In this document: positions 17,188 through 26,890 of the stretch, piece after piece | How positions within the stretch are numbered: position 1 is the first letter of the stretch | Layout: each line of letters begins with the position of its first letter | Assembly (NCBI GenBank): GCA_039024335.1 | Contig: JBCCQM010000015.1 | Span: 3,781-67,780, forward strand | Origin: Myxococcota bacterium | GTDB taxonomy: Bacteria; Myxococcota_A; Polyangia; Nannocystales; Nannocystaceae | DNA length: 64,000 nucleotides | Direction of reading: 5' to 3' | Position numbers and translations under genes: made by a program | Notes under the pieces: model-generated | Databases searched by the model: none | What the model was told of the DNA's origin: nothing | What the model saw: only the letters and a program-made list of their open reading frames with translations

Positions 17188-19626
17188 TCAGTTCGGTGGG
17201 GCGGGGGGCTCGGGCTTGCGGGCGGGCGCATCGCCGGACCCGGCGGGCTCGGGCTTGGACGACGGAGGAGCCGCTTTCTTCGCGCCGCTTTTCTTGGCCA
17301 CGTAGCTCTTCGCCTCGGCGTTGCCGGGCGAAACGGACAGCACGCGCTTGTAGAAGCCCAGCGCCTTGTCGCCTTCGCCGAGCTTGGTGGAGGCGCGGGC
17401 GGCCCCCAACAGCGCGGGCAGATATCGCGGCGAGCGGCTCAGCGCGCGCTCGTAGTACCGCAGCGCCGTCGTCGGCACGCCCTTCTTGCGGTTGGCCATG
17501 CCGAGGCACACCAGCACGTCGATGTCGTTGGGGCGGCGGTCGAACGCTCGCAGCAGCAGCTTGAGGCCGCCTTGCACGTCGCCGCCTTCGACCTTGCCGC
17601 AGCCCTTCTCGATCAGCTTGTCGACCGACATCCCCTTGGACGCATCCTTGCCTCCGGCCGGCTTGCCCTGGGTTTTCCCTCCGCCGGGCGTGGCCGCGAC
17701 GTCGGGCGCCTCGCCCTCGGGGTCGGCCGGCTCCGCAGGCGTGGGCTCCTCCGGGCTGGGCGTCGTGGGTGCCTTCGGCGTCTCGGCCGGCTCGGCGTCC
17801 GGGGTCGGCGATGCGTCGGCGCCACCACCGAGCGCCAGCACCCCTGGGTCTTCCGGCGCGCGCTCCCGAAGCGCTGCGGCCACGCGCTGCGCCCCGACCT
17901 CATCACCCCCGCGCGCGTACGCCATCGCAAGGACGAGCTGCGCGGTGACCGACGGAGACTCGAGCCCGCCGAGGCTGCTGATCAGCCCCGAGGGCACGCG
18001 AGAATTCGGGTCGCGCCACAGGGATGCTCCGGTCGCGAGCGCGTGCAGTTCGACCTCGGCTGCGGGCACCTGCGGCAGCACCTCGTCTTGAGGTCGCCCT
18101 TGCGCCAGCCGCAGCCGCGCGCGGGTCCGAGAGAGCCGCTGCGCGTCGGCCTGCGCGACGTCGATGCCGGCAAACGCCTGCGCCGCGGCTTCGACCGTGT
18201 CTGCGGCCCGGAACCCCAGGTCCGACTCGGTCCCGGCATGCGCGGCTTGGACCTGCATCGCGATCGCTCGCGCCGCATCGGCCTCGACCGCAGCCAGCGA
18301 GAGATTCGCCTTGGCCTGCGGCGTCGTCCCCGGGGCGGTCGCCGCGGTTCGGGCCTCGGTCGCGGCCGCGCTCAGGCCAGCCTGCCTCCCATCGCGAAGC
18401 GCCGCGTCGACCGTTTGAAGTGCGGGCGCCGACGCGTCCGAGGGGGTCCCCGCAACGAAGCCGGCCATGCCCATCACGCGGTCGCGAATCGGCGGAATGC
18501 CAAAGATGACCGCCGCGCCGCAGAGCAGCCCAAGCCCGGCGAACAGCGGCCAGGAGGCGCGTCGGCGCGTCGGCGGCTCGAGGTCCTCATCTGCCAGCAG
18601 CGAGGGCTCGCTGGACGCTGGCGGTGCCGCCGGTACGGTCCGACTGGGACCGGTGATCGGCTTCACGTGGGCAGTGACGGCACCGAGCATCGACCCGCTC
18701 GAGGCGGCCGGCTTCGGTCCTGCCGAACGACCGCTGGTCCCTTCGTCCGCGCGAACGGGGATCGGTGCATCCGCCTCGGGCTCGCCGTCGAGGACGCGCA
18801 AGACACCGCTCTCGTCGGCGTTGGCCTCGGCCACAGCGGCGACGGTGCGCACCTTCGTCGTTTGATGTTTGGGCTTGCGGCGCTTCGTCTCGGGCCGCGC
18901 GGGTGCGGGTGTCTCCTCCGCGGGGCGAACGAGGTCGTCGAGCACCATCGACGCGGAGTCCTCGTCGAACATCGAGCGGCGCCGAGGCGCGCCGGGCTCG
19001 GGTTCCTCGTCGACGTCGATGACGTCCGGGACCTCCTGCGCCGGCGTGTACAGCGTGCTCGTCTCGGTCGTCTCGAGCGAAAGGCTGCCCGGCGCGCGGG
19101 CAACGGTGTCTTCGGTGTCGTCGGGTGTCGCGAGCAGCCCCGAAAGATCCAAGCGCTGCGACGTCTCGCGCACCATCGGCACCGCAGCGTCTGCGACGGC
19201 GGTCGGGACGTCATCCCCGGCATACGAGGGCGGCGGCCCGACCTGGGACACGTCACTCGCCGTCGCGTCGAGCGGGCCCGCGTCGGTGGGGCTGAGCACG
19301 GCGGGCAGGTCCGGGAACCCGGCGAACGCATCCGAGAACTCGGGCATGTCGCCCAGGCGGATCCAGTGCTTGCCCGTCCGAGAGATCGTGTCGTCGGGAT
19401 GGAGTCGCCCTTCCCGGACCCAGACCCGCAGGACCGTCAGGTCATCGGCCTCGAAGGCGTCACCGTCGACGGTCTGAATCAACCACGGCCGCGCGCCCGA
19501 GTCGTCGCGCGGTTCGACGCGAAAGACGTAGCGGCAGACCGCGCAGCGCACCGCAACGCCCTCTGGCCCGATCTGACGGTCGTCGAGCGAGAACTGGGTT
19601 TGGCAGTTTGAACAGCGTACGAACAA
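17188..19626 (-). CDS. MJ0042-type zinc-ribbon / GYF-like / TPR multidomain protein with one TM segment
   Basis: N-terminus MFVRCSNCQTQFSLDD...VRCAVCRYVFRV (MJ0042 CXXC finger). A GYF_2-like block follows (WLIQTVDGDAFEADDLTVLRVWVREGRLHPDDTISRTGKHWIRLGDMPEF). Then a long Pro/Ala-rich region, a TM helix (WPLFAGLGLLCGAAVIFGIPPI), and C-terminal TPR-like repeats. Confidence 0.8.
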   Translation of the reverse strand: MFVRCSNCQTQFSLDDRQIGPEGVAVRCAVCRYVFRVEPRDDSGARPWLIQTVDGDAFEADDLTVLRVWVREGRLHPDDTISRTGKHWIRLGDMPEFSDAFAGFPDLPAVLSPTDAGPLDATASDVSQVGPPPSYAGDDVPTAVADAAVPMVRETSQRLDLSGLLATPDDTEDTVARAPGSLSLETTETSTLYTPAQEVPDVIDVDEEPEPGAPRRRSMFDEDSASMVLDDLVRPAEETPAPARPETKRRKPKHQTTKVRTVAAVAEANADESGVLRVLDGEPEADAPIPVRADEGTSGRSAGPKPAASSGSMLGAVTAHVKPITGPSRTVPAAPPASSEPSLLADEDLEPPTRRRASWPLFAGLGLLCGAAVIFGIPPIRDRVMGMAGFVAGTPSDASAPALQTVDAALRDGRQAGLSAAATEARTAATAPGTTPQAKANLSLAAVEADAARAIAMQVQAAHAGTESDLGFRAADTVEAAAQAFAGIDVAQADAQRLSRTRARLRLAQGRPQDEVLPQVPAAEVELHALATGASLWRDPNSRVPSGLISSLGGLESPSVTAQLVLAMAYARGGDEVGAQRVAAALRERAPEDPGVLALGGGADASPTPDAEPAETPKAPTTPSPEEPTPAEPADPEGEAPDVAATPGGGKTQGKPAGGKDASKGMSVDKLIEKGCGKVEGGDVQGGLKLLLRAFDRRPNDIDVLVCLGMANRKKGVPTTALRYYERALSRSPRYLPALLGAARASTKLGEGDKALGFYKRVLSVSPGNAEAKSYVAKKSGAKKAAPPSSKPEPAGSGDAPARKPEPPAPPN

Positions 19627-19697
19627 GGCCGGAGCGCGAAGTTAGCACAACCGCCCCTGGTGCCCGCCAGATCTGGGCACGTACGCCGCGCGCGCGT

Positions 19698-19901
19698 TCA
19701 GCTCGCGATTCGGCTGATGATCCCGCCGCTGACGGCGGCGATGAACGCTCCGACCACCACGAGCCCGAAGTACTTCATGGCTGGGGGAGCCCCCTTCTCT
19801 TTCTCGATTCCGGCTTCGGCTCCGCAGTTCGAGCACCGCTCGGGCGGGTTGTCGCCGTCGCCTTCGAGCTGCGTGTGACACTGGCTGCAGACGTACGCCA
19901 C
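19698..19901 (-). CDS. Small tail-anchored zinc-ribbon membrane protein
   Basis: 67 codons with a GTG start. CSQC...CSNC zinc ribbon followed by a C-terminal TM helix (YFGLVVVGAFIAAVSGGII). Good G/C3 bias. Confidence 0.6.
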   Translation of the reverse strand: MAYVCSQCHTQLEGDGDNPPERCSNCGAEAGIEKEKGAPPAMKYFGLVVVGAFIAAVSGGIISRIAS

Positions 19902-20062
19902 GATGCGCGAGGCCTATCGGCTCCCCTGCCACGTGTCAAGCTGTCCCCCCCTGCGCCCCTGTTGCGTGCAGCCCCACCATGCATGAAGGCCTGTCGATCC
20001 GTTCATGACGGGTTCACCGCTCCTTTACGGTCGGGCTGCCACTGGGGTGGCACACTGAAGGC

Positions 20063-20782
20063 GTGCGAATCCTGCTCATCGAGGACGACGAGCGACTGGC
20101 CGAGGTCACGGCCGAGTACCTGCGCGATCACGAATCGGACGTCGAGATCGCCAGCGACGGCGAAGCCGGGCTGGCCCGCGCGCTGGCCGGCGAGCACGAC
20201 ATCGTGCTGCTCGACCTGATGCTGCCCAAGCTCGACGGCATCGGCGTCTGCACCCAGCTGCGGGCCCAGTCGAACGTGCCGGTCATCATGCTCACCGCCA
20301 AGGGTGACGAAGTCGACCGGGTCGTCGGGCTTGAGCTCGGCGCGGATGACTACCTGCCCAAGCCGTTCAGCCCGCGGGAGCTGCTCGCCCGCATTCGCGC
20401 GGTGCTCCGGCGGCACAACGCCGCACCGGAGGCTGCCGAAGGCGGCGCGTCGGCCGAGATCAACGCTGGCCCGCTCAGCATCGATCGCGAGCGTCGGACC
20501 GCCGCGCTGCACGACGTGCGCCTCGAGCTCACCGCGTACCAGTTCGACCTGCTGTGGGTACTGGCCAACAACGCGGGCCGGGTGCTCGCACGCGGGCTCC
20601 TGCACAACCGGGTCCGCGAGCTTCGCGGGGACCCCCCGGTGGAGTTCGACCCCAGCGTCGACCGTTCGATCGACGTCCACCTCAGCAAGATCCGCGGCGC
20701 GCTCGGCTCAGCCCACCCCGAGGGCAAAGACCTGATCCAAACCGTCCGCGGCGTCGGCTACGTCCTCGGACCCGACCTGTGA
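20063..20782 (+). CDS. OmpR-family response regulator
   Basis: Receiver domain (MRILLIEDD, VLLDLMLPKLDG, KPF) plus a winged-helix output domain (LTAYQFDLLWVLANNAGRVL...RGVGYVL). Confidence 0.92.
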   Translation: MRILLIEDDERLAEVTAEYLRDHESDVEIASDGEAGLARALAGEHDIVLLDLMLPKLDGIGVCTQLRAQSNVPVIMLTAKGDEVDRVVGLELGADDYLPKPFSPRELLARIRAVLRRHNAAPEAAEGGASAEINAGPLSIDRERRTAALHDVRLELTAYQFDLLWVLANNAGRVLARGLLHNRVRELRGDPPVEFDPSVDRSIDVHLSKIRGALGSAHPEGKDLIQTVRGVGYVLGPDL

Positions 20783-22203
20783 AGTCCACTCGTCCACGCC
20801 GCCGCTCCAGCCTGTTCTGGCGCATCTACAGCACGGTCGTGCTGACGGTGCTCGCCGGAACTGCGGTGGGCGTGGTCGCGACGTGGGCGATTTTGCAGCA
20901 GCGCTCCGAGCGATGGGTCGGCCGCGCCCTCGAGACGCTCGAGGACCAAAACGACGCGCTCGCCGACGCGATCGACGACCCCCCCGCGCTCGAGGCCGCC
21001 GCGCAGGAGCTCGAAGGGTCGCTGCGTACCCGCGTCGCAATCCTCGACGCCAAAGGCCGCCCCCTGACGAAGCACCCCAAGGGCAGCGAGCCCCCGCCGC
21101 GTCGTCACAAGCGACACGTCCGCGCCCTTCGGCAGGGCCGCCCCCTGGTTCTCGACCGCGGGCAAAACCGAAAGCTCGTCCTCTTCCCGCTGCTCGACCC
21201 CGACACCGGACGCGTCGTGGGTACGGTCTCGGTGCGGCCGAAGGAGCCTCCACGCGGCCTGCCGATGATCATCTCGCTGGTCGCGATGCTGACGCTGCTG
21301 GGCCTCGGGGCACGCGCGCTGTCTCGCTCACTGACCTCCCGCCTGCGCCGGGTGGAGGCCAGCGCCGACCGCATCGCCAACGGCGAGCTCTCGCACCGCG
21401 TCGTCACGCCACAGGGGCCGCCAGCCGACGAGCTCGATGAACTCGCGCTCTCCTTCAACGGCATGGCCGACAAGCTCGAGGCGCTCATTCAAGGGCAGCG
21501 CGTTCTGCTGGCCAACGTCAGCCACGAGCTCCGCACCCCCATCGCGCGCGTCCGCGTCGTGCTGGAGATCCTCGAGGACCGCGCCCGCATGCTCGCGCCG
21601 GTTGCCGAACCCGACCCCGCCGCGAGCAAGCATGTGGCGCGCTTGCAGAAGGGTCTCGTCGACATCGGGCGAGACACGCAGGAGCTCGAGCAGCTCATCA
21701 ACGACCTGCTCACCAGCGGAAAGCTCGAGCTCTCGGCCGCAGGAGGCAACCTCGACCTCACCCCCGTCTCGCTCGACACGCTGGCCGAGCGCATGGGCGA
21801 GCGCTTCGACGCCCACGTCGACGCCGTCCCCTCCCCCGTCGTTCAGGCCGACCGACTGCTGATCGAGCGCCTGCTGAGCAACCTGTTGAGCAACGCTCGA
21901 CGCGCCTGTCCCGACGGCCGCCTCACCATCCAAATCGAGCCGACCGATGGCGGGTACTCGATGGCGGTCGAAGATGAAGGCCACGGCATCCCTGAGCACG
22001 ACCGCGAGCAGGTCTTCGAACCGTTCCGGCGTCTCGACGCTGCGCGCAGCCGCGACAAGGGCGGGGTCGGGCTCGGCCTGTACCTCTGCCGCCAGATCGC
22101 CCGGGCGCACGGCGGCGACGTCATCGCCGAGGGCCGGCGCGACGGGGGCCAGGGTGCGCGCTTGGTGGTTCTGCTGCCCGAGACGCAGCCGAGCCGTGAC
22201 TGA
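20779..22203 (+). CDS. Sensor histidine kinase (2 TM, HAMP, HisKA, HATPase_c)
   Basis: GTG 20779 forms a GTGA overlap with the regulator's stop. H-box SHELRTPI, N-box LLSNARRA, G1 DEGHGIP, G2 GGVGLGL. Confidence 0.9.
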   Translation: MKSTRPRRRSSLFWRIYSTVVLTVLAGTAVGVVATWAILQQRSERWVGRALETLEDQNDALADAIDDPPALEAAAQELEGSLRTRVAILDAKGRPLTKHPKGSEPPPRRHKRHVRALRQGRPLVLDRGQNRKLVLFPLLDPDTGRVVGTVSVRPKEPPRGLPMIISLVAMLTLLGLGARALSRSLTSRLRRVEASADRIANGELSHRVVTPQGPPADELDELALSFNGMADKLEALIQGQRVLLANVSHELRTPIARVRVVLEILEDRARMLAPVAEPDPAASKHVARLQKGLVDIGRDTQELEQLINDLLTSGKLELSAAGGNLDLTPVSLDTLAERMGERFDAHVDAVPSPVVQADRLLIERLLSNLLSNARRACPDGRLTIQIEPTDGGYSMAVEDEGHGIPEHDREQVFEPFRRLDAARSRDKGGVGLGLYLCRQIARAHGGDVIAEGRRDGGQGARLVVLLPETQPSRD

Positions 22204-22215
22204 TAGTCTGCTGCG

Positions 22216-22890
22216 GTGGAGGCGTTCCAGGCCGCATTCGTTGAGCTTCTCGTCCAGTACGAGGTGATCCGCTTCGGCTCGTTCACGCTCAAGTCCGGGC
22301 GAACTTCCCCCTATTTCGTCAACGCTGGGCAGCTTCGAACGGGCGACGCCATCACCCGGCTCGGCAAGGCGTACGCGGCCCAGATCCAAAGCCGAGGCGT
22401 CGCGTGCGACGTGGTGTTCGGACCTGCCTACAAAGGCGTCCCGCTATCGGTCGCGACCGCGATGGCCCTGTGTGAAGGCGGCACCGACGTCGGCTTCTCC
22501 TTCGACCGCAAGGAAGCCAAAGACCACGGTGAGGGCGGCACGTTCGTCGGCACCCAGCCCGCCGCGGGCATGGACGTCGTCGTGGTCGACGACGTGATTA
22601 CGTCGGGCCGATCGATCCGAGAGTCGGTCTCGCTCCTCAACCAGACCGCGGGCGTTCAGGTGACGGGCGTCGTCGTCGCCGTCGACCGGCAGGAGCGCGG
22701 CAAGACGAACAAGTCCACGCTGACCGAGCTGCGGGACGAGCTGGGCATCGAGGTCATGCCGATCGTCTCCGTGCGCTCGATGATCGACTGGCTCGTCGAC
22801 CGTGAGGTTGGCGGCTCGGTGGTGCTCGACGGTGCGGGTAAGGCGGCCATCGAGGCGTACCTCGCCGAACACGGGGGCGCCGAGTCTTGA
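22216..22890 (+). CDS. pyrE: Orotate phosphoribosyltransferase
   Basis: FGSFTLKSGRTSPYFVN, GPAYKGVPL, and the PRPP-binding motif VVVVDDVITSGRS. Confidence 0.92.
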   Translation: MEAFQAAFVELLVQYEVIRFGSFTLKSGRTSPYFVNAGQLRTGDAITRLGKAYAAQIQSRGVACDVVFGPAYKGVPLSVATAMALCEGGTDVGFSFDRKEAKDHGEGGTFVGTQPAAGMDVVVVDDVITSGRSIRESVSLLNQTAGVQVTGVVVAVDRQERGKTNKSTLTELRDELGIEVMPIVSVRSMIDWLVDREVGGSVVLDGAGKAAIEAYLAEHGGAES

Positions 22891-23486
22891 GACTGTGCCG
22901 CACCGCTTTGACCGCGCTGCTGACGACGGCGATGCTCGGCTGCACCGAGGAGCCGACGGACCGCCTCGACCCCGGCGTGGTTTCGGACCTCGCCGCCGCC
23001 CAGGGGGACGCGCTCGGACTCGAGGCGTCGGGTGGCTACCGCGTCCAGCTCGATGCGGTCGAGTGCGGCTGCAGCGACCTGGAGTTCGCGCTTCAACCGC
23101 TGACGATGTGCAGCGCGCTGTTCTTCGCAGGGCTGGATCAGACGCCGGTCGAGGTTGATCTGGACGTCGTGGAGTCCGACGGCCGTCTCGTGCTCTCGGT
23201 GTTCGGCCACCCCAACACCAAGGCGGTCGGGCCGCTGCAGGCAAACGGCGAGTTCGAGGCCGGTGCGGTCAGCCGGTTGACGTCGTTCGCCACCACGGGG
23301 TCGCTCGTCACCCGCTTCGAGGGAGACCTCAACGCGGCCGAGGACGACGGCTTCGAAATCGAGGGCACCATCGAGAACCGCCTGCTCGGACGAGCCGAGC
23401 TCGAGGGCCTTGACGACATCACGCAGACCAACTTCGACTGCCGCGAGTCGGTAACGTTCACGGGCCCGCGCTACATCGTGCGCTGA
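22887..23486 (+). CDS. Hypothetical lipoprotein
   Basis: TTG start overlaps the pyrE stop (TTGA). Lipobox TAMLGC. Good codon bias. Confidence 0.65.
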   Translation: MRLCRTALTALLTTAMLGCTEEPTDRLDPGVVSDLAAAQGDALGLEASGGYRVQLDAVECGCSDLEFALQPLTMCSALFFAGLDQTPVEVDLDVVESDGRLVLSVFGHPNTKAVGPLQANGEFEAGAVSRLTSFATTGSLVTRFEGDLNAAEDDGFEIEGTIENRLLGRAELEGLDDITQTNFDCRESVTFTGPRYIVR

Positions 23487-23968
23487 GTCAGCAGCACGGT
23501 GCGCCGACGCGCCCGCAACAAGCCGATGGTCCCCGCCACGCGCCGAACCGCGGGGTCAGGATCCGCGCGGAGCCGCCGGACGTGCTTGAGATGACGCAGT
23601 CGCCGGTGGACCGGTCGCCGCGCGAGCACCCGCAGCGCCCGCGTACGCACCCGCGAGTTCCGGTCGAGCAGCAACATCGCCAGAAGCTGCGGGGGGTCGT
23701 CGCGGCGATGTCCGAGCGCCGCCGCCGCTGCCTCGCGCAGACGCGCTGACGCGGACAGGCACCCCCGCGCCACGACCTCGAGTGCTGCCGGGTGCTTGGC
23801 ATGCCCGCACAGCGTCACGGCCCGAGCACCCAGGAGGTCGTCCCCGGCCGCCACGATGGTGTCGAGCGCGGCAAAAACGGCAGCGTCGGCCCGGTCCACG
23901 TCCAGATACACCGGCGTATCTGGGTCGAGCGCGAGCTCGATGTGTTCGATGCGAAGTGAACCCACCAT
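23471..23968 (-). CDS. Hypothetical HEAT/armadillo-like repeat protein
   Basis: 165-aa ORF with helical repeat-like segments (D.NSRVRTRALRVLA, DPDPAVRRVA). Last gene of a co-directional run purQ -> PD40 protein -> this ORF. Confidence 0.55.
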   Translation of the reverse strand: MVGSLRIEHIELALDPDTPVYLDVDRADAAVFAALDTIVAAGDDLLGARAVTLCGHAKHPAALEVVARGCLSASARLREAAAAALGHRRDDPPQLLAMLLLDRNSRVRTRALRVLARRPVHRRLRHLKHVRRLRADPDPAVRRVAGTIGLLRARRRTVLLTQRTM

Positions 23969-24023
23969 GGCGCGGCCCCGCGACGGCGAGCCGGCCTATG
24001 AGTGCGATCGGCGAGCGAACCGA

Positions 24024-25934
24024 TCACTTTTTTTGCGCTGAGCGACTCGGCACGGGCACCGCGCGCGGCACCGAGATCCGCCAGTTGCTTCGCGGCAGCT
24101 CGACCCGGGTCTGGAACAGCACCCATCGGCCGTCGGCCGTCAGCGCTGGCGCTCGATCGCGCAGCACGTTGCGGGTGAGCATCTGCAGTGGACCACCCGA
24201 CGCGGATACGACTGCGATCTCCGAATCGTCGCCGCGACCGGGGTCGTCCAGCGCCGGATCCTGCAGCGTGAACGCGACCGTCGCGCCATCGGCGGAGGCC
24301 GTCGGTTGAGACACCCAGCCCTCCCGCGTGAGCACGGTTGTTCTCAAAGCGGCGACGTCGGCCCACACCGGCGTGAGGACGTCTTCGTCGAGCGCTCCGT
24401 CCTCGGCTTCGGCTTCGTCTTCGTCCTCAGCCTCCGCCTCGACGCCTGGCTCCACCGCCGGCGCGACGAACAAGGTCGACCAGTCCGCGTTCGCGTCCAG
24501 CCGAACCAGGCGACGAGGGTCCGAGCCGACGGTCAAGACGAGGCTGCGCGTCGACAGGCGTGCAACCTCGTGCAGCGAGGTATTGCGGCCCAGCCCCGGT
24601 GGGGCGATGGCGACGATGGGCGCGTCGGGAGCCGTCGAGATCAAGTAGAGGACATCGTCGTCGCCCGTGGCGGCCAGCACGTCCGTCTGCAGCCACGCGA
24701 CGTCGCGCAGGGTCAGGCTGGGAAGACGAATCAACGACGCCGGGGTGTCGGTCCCCGGTCGAACGACCTCGATGCTCACGGCGTCCAGCGACGTCCCGAC
24801 ACGCGCGACGAGTCCGTCGGCGTGCACCATCGTCCGCTGCACGTCGTCGAGCTGCGACGGCGGGACGCTGCCGCGTCGCACCCAGCTGCAGGGCTGCTCG
24901 GCGGCGCCATCGAGGGTCCAAAGCTGCGGGCCGTGGGTCTGCGTATCGAGCAGCAGCCCGCCACCATCCTCAGAGAAACGAAACCGCGGAGACTCGGCGG
25001 TCGAGATGCTGCCGCCCAAGAGCGCCGAGCATGCGACGCGGTCGTCCGCAGACGCGGCCGCCGAGAACCACAGCGACTCTTCGCGCGCCGGCTCGAGGTC
25101 GGCGCGAATGCCATCGTCGCTCACGATGGAGAACTGGCGCGTGCTCGTAAGCACACCACCGTTGGCAAGCGCGGTCGCGGTGCCGCTCTCATCGACGCTC
25201 GCGAGCACGACCGGCTTCGCGCGCCCGCGCTCATCGTCGAGGGCCGCTGCAACTTGACCCCGGATCTTGTCGGCCAGCCCTTCCGCCGTGTCGATGAGCT
25301 CCAGCCCCGCGAGCGCCTCCTTGAGCTTGGAGCGCAGCTGAATGGCGCTGACCGAAGCCCCCGCGTTGTCGGGCAGCGACTCGGCGAGGACCTCCTGTGC
25401 GAAGAGGGCTTGGAGCAGGCTGATGTCGACCCGCCGCAGCACGGCCGAGGGCTCCGGATTGACCGTCATACGGTGCGGAAACGCGAAGTCGCCCGCGGAC
25501 AGCACCGCGAAGCGCACGTGTTCGGGCATGTCGGGGATCTCGTCGATCTCGACGCCGGAGAAGTCCACCGACTGCGGCTCCTCGAACACGACGTAGCCGT
25601 AGCCGAAGCGATCGGCGAGCCGCATCACGACCTCGACGTCGGTCCCCTCGGGCACCTCGTCGAGTTCCTTGTGCGCCTTGGCAACCCAATCCTGAAGCTC
25701 GCCCTCGGCGGCGTCGAAGCCGTCCTCCCCCAAGACCGCGCTGAAGCCACGGCTACGCGGGGTCCGGACGACGAGCACCTTGTCGGCGCGCTCCGGCGTT
25801 CCGATGCCTTCTTGGTCGAAGAAGATGAACCACGCCGCGGCGCCGAGTGCTGCCACCAGGACGGCACACAACACGACGATCTTGCCGCGGTCGCTTCCTC
25901 GAAGAGCATCCAGGTCCCCCGCGTCGACAGCCAT
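24024..25934 (-). CDS. Membrane-anchored protein with C-terminal TolB-like (PD40/WD40-like) beta-propeller repeats
   Basis: ATG 25934 gives an N-terminal TM anchor (KIVVLCAVLVAALGAAAWFIFF). C-terminal PD40-like segments (SADGATVAFT, ALTADGRWVLFQT). Confidence 0.7.
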   Translation of the reverse strand: MAVDAGDLDALRGSDRGKIVVLCAVLVAALGAAAWFIFFDQEGIGTPERADKVLVVRTPRSRGFSAVLGEDGFDAAEGELQDWVAKAHKELDEVPEGTDVEVVMRLADRFGYGYVVFEEPQSVDFSGVEIDEIPDMPEHVRFAVLSAGDFAFPHRMTVNPEPSAVLRRVDISLLQALFAQEVLAESLPDNAGASVSAIQLRSKLKEALAGLELIDTAEGLADKIRGQVAAALDDERGRAKPVVLASVDESGTATALANGGVLTSTRQFSIVSDDGIRADLEPAREESLWFSAAASADDRVACSALLGGSISTAESPRFRFSEDGGGLLLDTQTHGPQLWTLDGAAEQPCSWVRRGSVPPSQLDDVQRTMVHADGLVARVGTSLDAVSIEVVRPGTDTPASLIRLPSLTLRDVAWLQTDVLAATGDDDVLYLISTAPDAPIVAIAPPGLGRNTSLHEVARLSTRSLVLTVGSDPRRLVRLDANADWSTLFVAPAVEPGVEAEAEDEDEAEAEDGALDEDVLTPVWADVAALRTTVLTREGWVSQPTASADGATVAFTLQDPALDDPGRGDDSEIAVVSASGGPLQMLTRNVLRDRAPALTADGRWVLFQTRVELPRSNWRISVPRAVPVPSRSAQKK

Positions 25935-26001
25935 GCCGCCTACTCTCGCACATCGGCGAGAGTCCGCCGCCACAGGCCCGTCGGACCCGGATGCACGCCC
26001 T

Positions 26002-26886
26002 TCAGGCGCCGGTCGACGAGACCGCGGCCCGGACGCCGCTGGCGAGAATCCCAAGGCCCGCGCCGTGACCGGGAAGCATCCCCGCGTCGCGCTGCGCGAT
26101 CCAATCCGGGTGGTTCTCCGGATAGAGGTAGGCCTCGGGGTGCGGCATCAAGCCGAAGACCCGACCGGTCGGGTCGCACAGGCCCGCGATGCCCCCCGGC
26201 GAACCGTTCGGGTTGTCCGGCCAAGCCTCCGTGGGCTGGCCGCTCGCGTCGGCATAGCGGACCGGGACCAGCGCGCCCGCCTGGACCGCCTGCTCGACCT
26301 CCGGGTCCAGGAGCAGCTTCCCTTCGCCGTGTCGGCTGGGGATCTCGAGCACCGCGCCCGAGGCTCCTTGCGTGAAGGCGCATGGGGAGTTGGGGTCGAT
26401 GACCAAGCGGACCCACTGGTTCCGATAGCCGCGGCGGTCGTTGTGGGTGAGCGTGGCCTGCTGCGGCGCAAGTTCGCCGGCGCTGCGACCAATGGCCGGC
26501 ACCAGGCCGAGCTTCACGATCGTCTGAAAGCCGTTGCAGATGCCGAGCACGAAGCCGCCTCGATCGACGAACGTCGCGAGGCGATCTCCAAGCTGACTGC
26601 GTACGCGGTTCGCGAACACGCGACCGGAGGCGATGTGATCGCCGAACGAGAAGCCGCCCCCGAACACCACGATGCGCACGTCGTCGAAGGCGCTCGGGTC
26701 GTCGATGACGTCTGCGACGTGGCGGACCTTCGGTCGCGCGCCGAGCGTCTCGAAGCCGGCGGCCGTCTCCGCCTCGCAGTTGAGGCCGTAGCCGGAGAAC
26801 ACGAGGACGCCGACATCCGCCGCGCCCTCGATGGGGCCCAGCGCATGCGACCAGGCCGATGCAGGTCGCTCTGGATCGTAGGGCAT
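26002..26886 (-). CDS. purQ: Phosphoribosylformylglycinamidine synthase, glutamine amidotransferase subunit PurQ (long form)
   Basis: Class-I GATase triad context: GICNGFQ (nucleophile Cys) and GLMPHPE (His/Glu). ATG at 26886. Confidence 0.88.
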   Translation of the reverse strand: MPYDPERPASAWSHALGPIEGAADVGVLVFSGYGLNCEAETAAGFETLGARPKVRHVADVIDDPSAFDDVRIVVFGGGFSFGDHIASGRVFANRVRSQLGDRLATFVDRGGFVLGICNGFQTIVKLGLVPAIGRSAGELAPQQATLTHNDRRGYRNQWVRLVIDPNSPCAFTQGASGAVLEIPSRHGEGKLLLDPEVEQAVQAGALVPVRYADASGQPTEAWPDNPNGSPGGIAGLCDPTGRVFGLMPHPEAYLYPENHPDWIAQRDAGMLPGHGAGLGILASGVRAAVSSTGA

Positions 26887-26890
26887 GACG

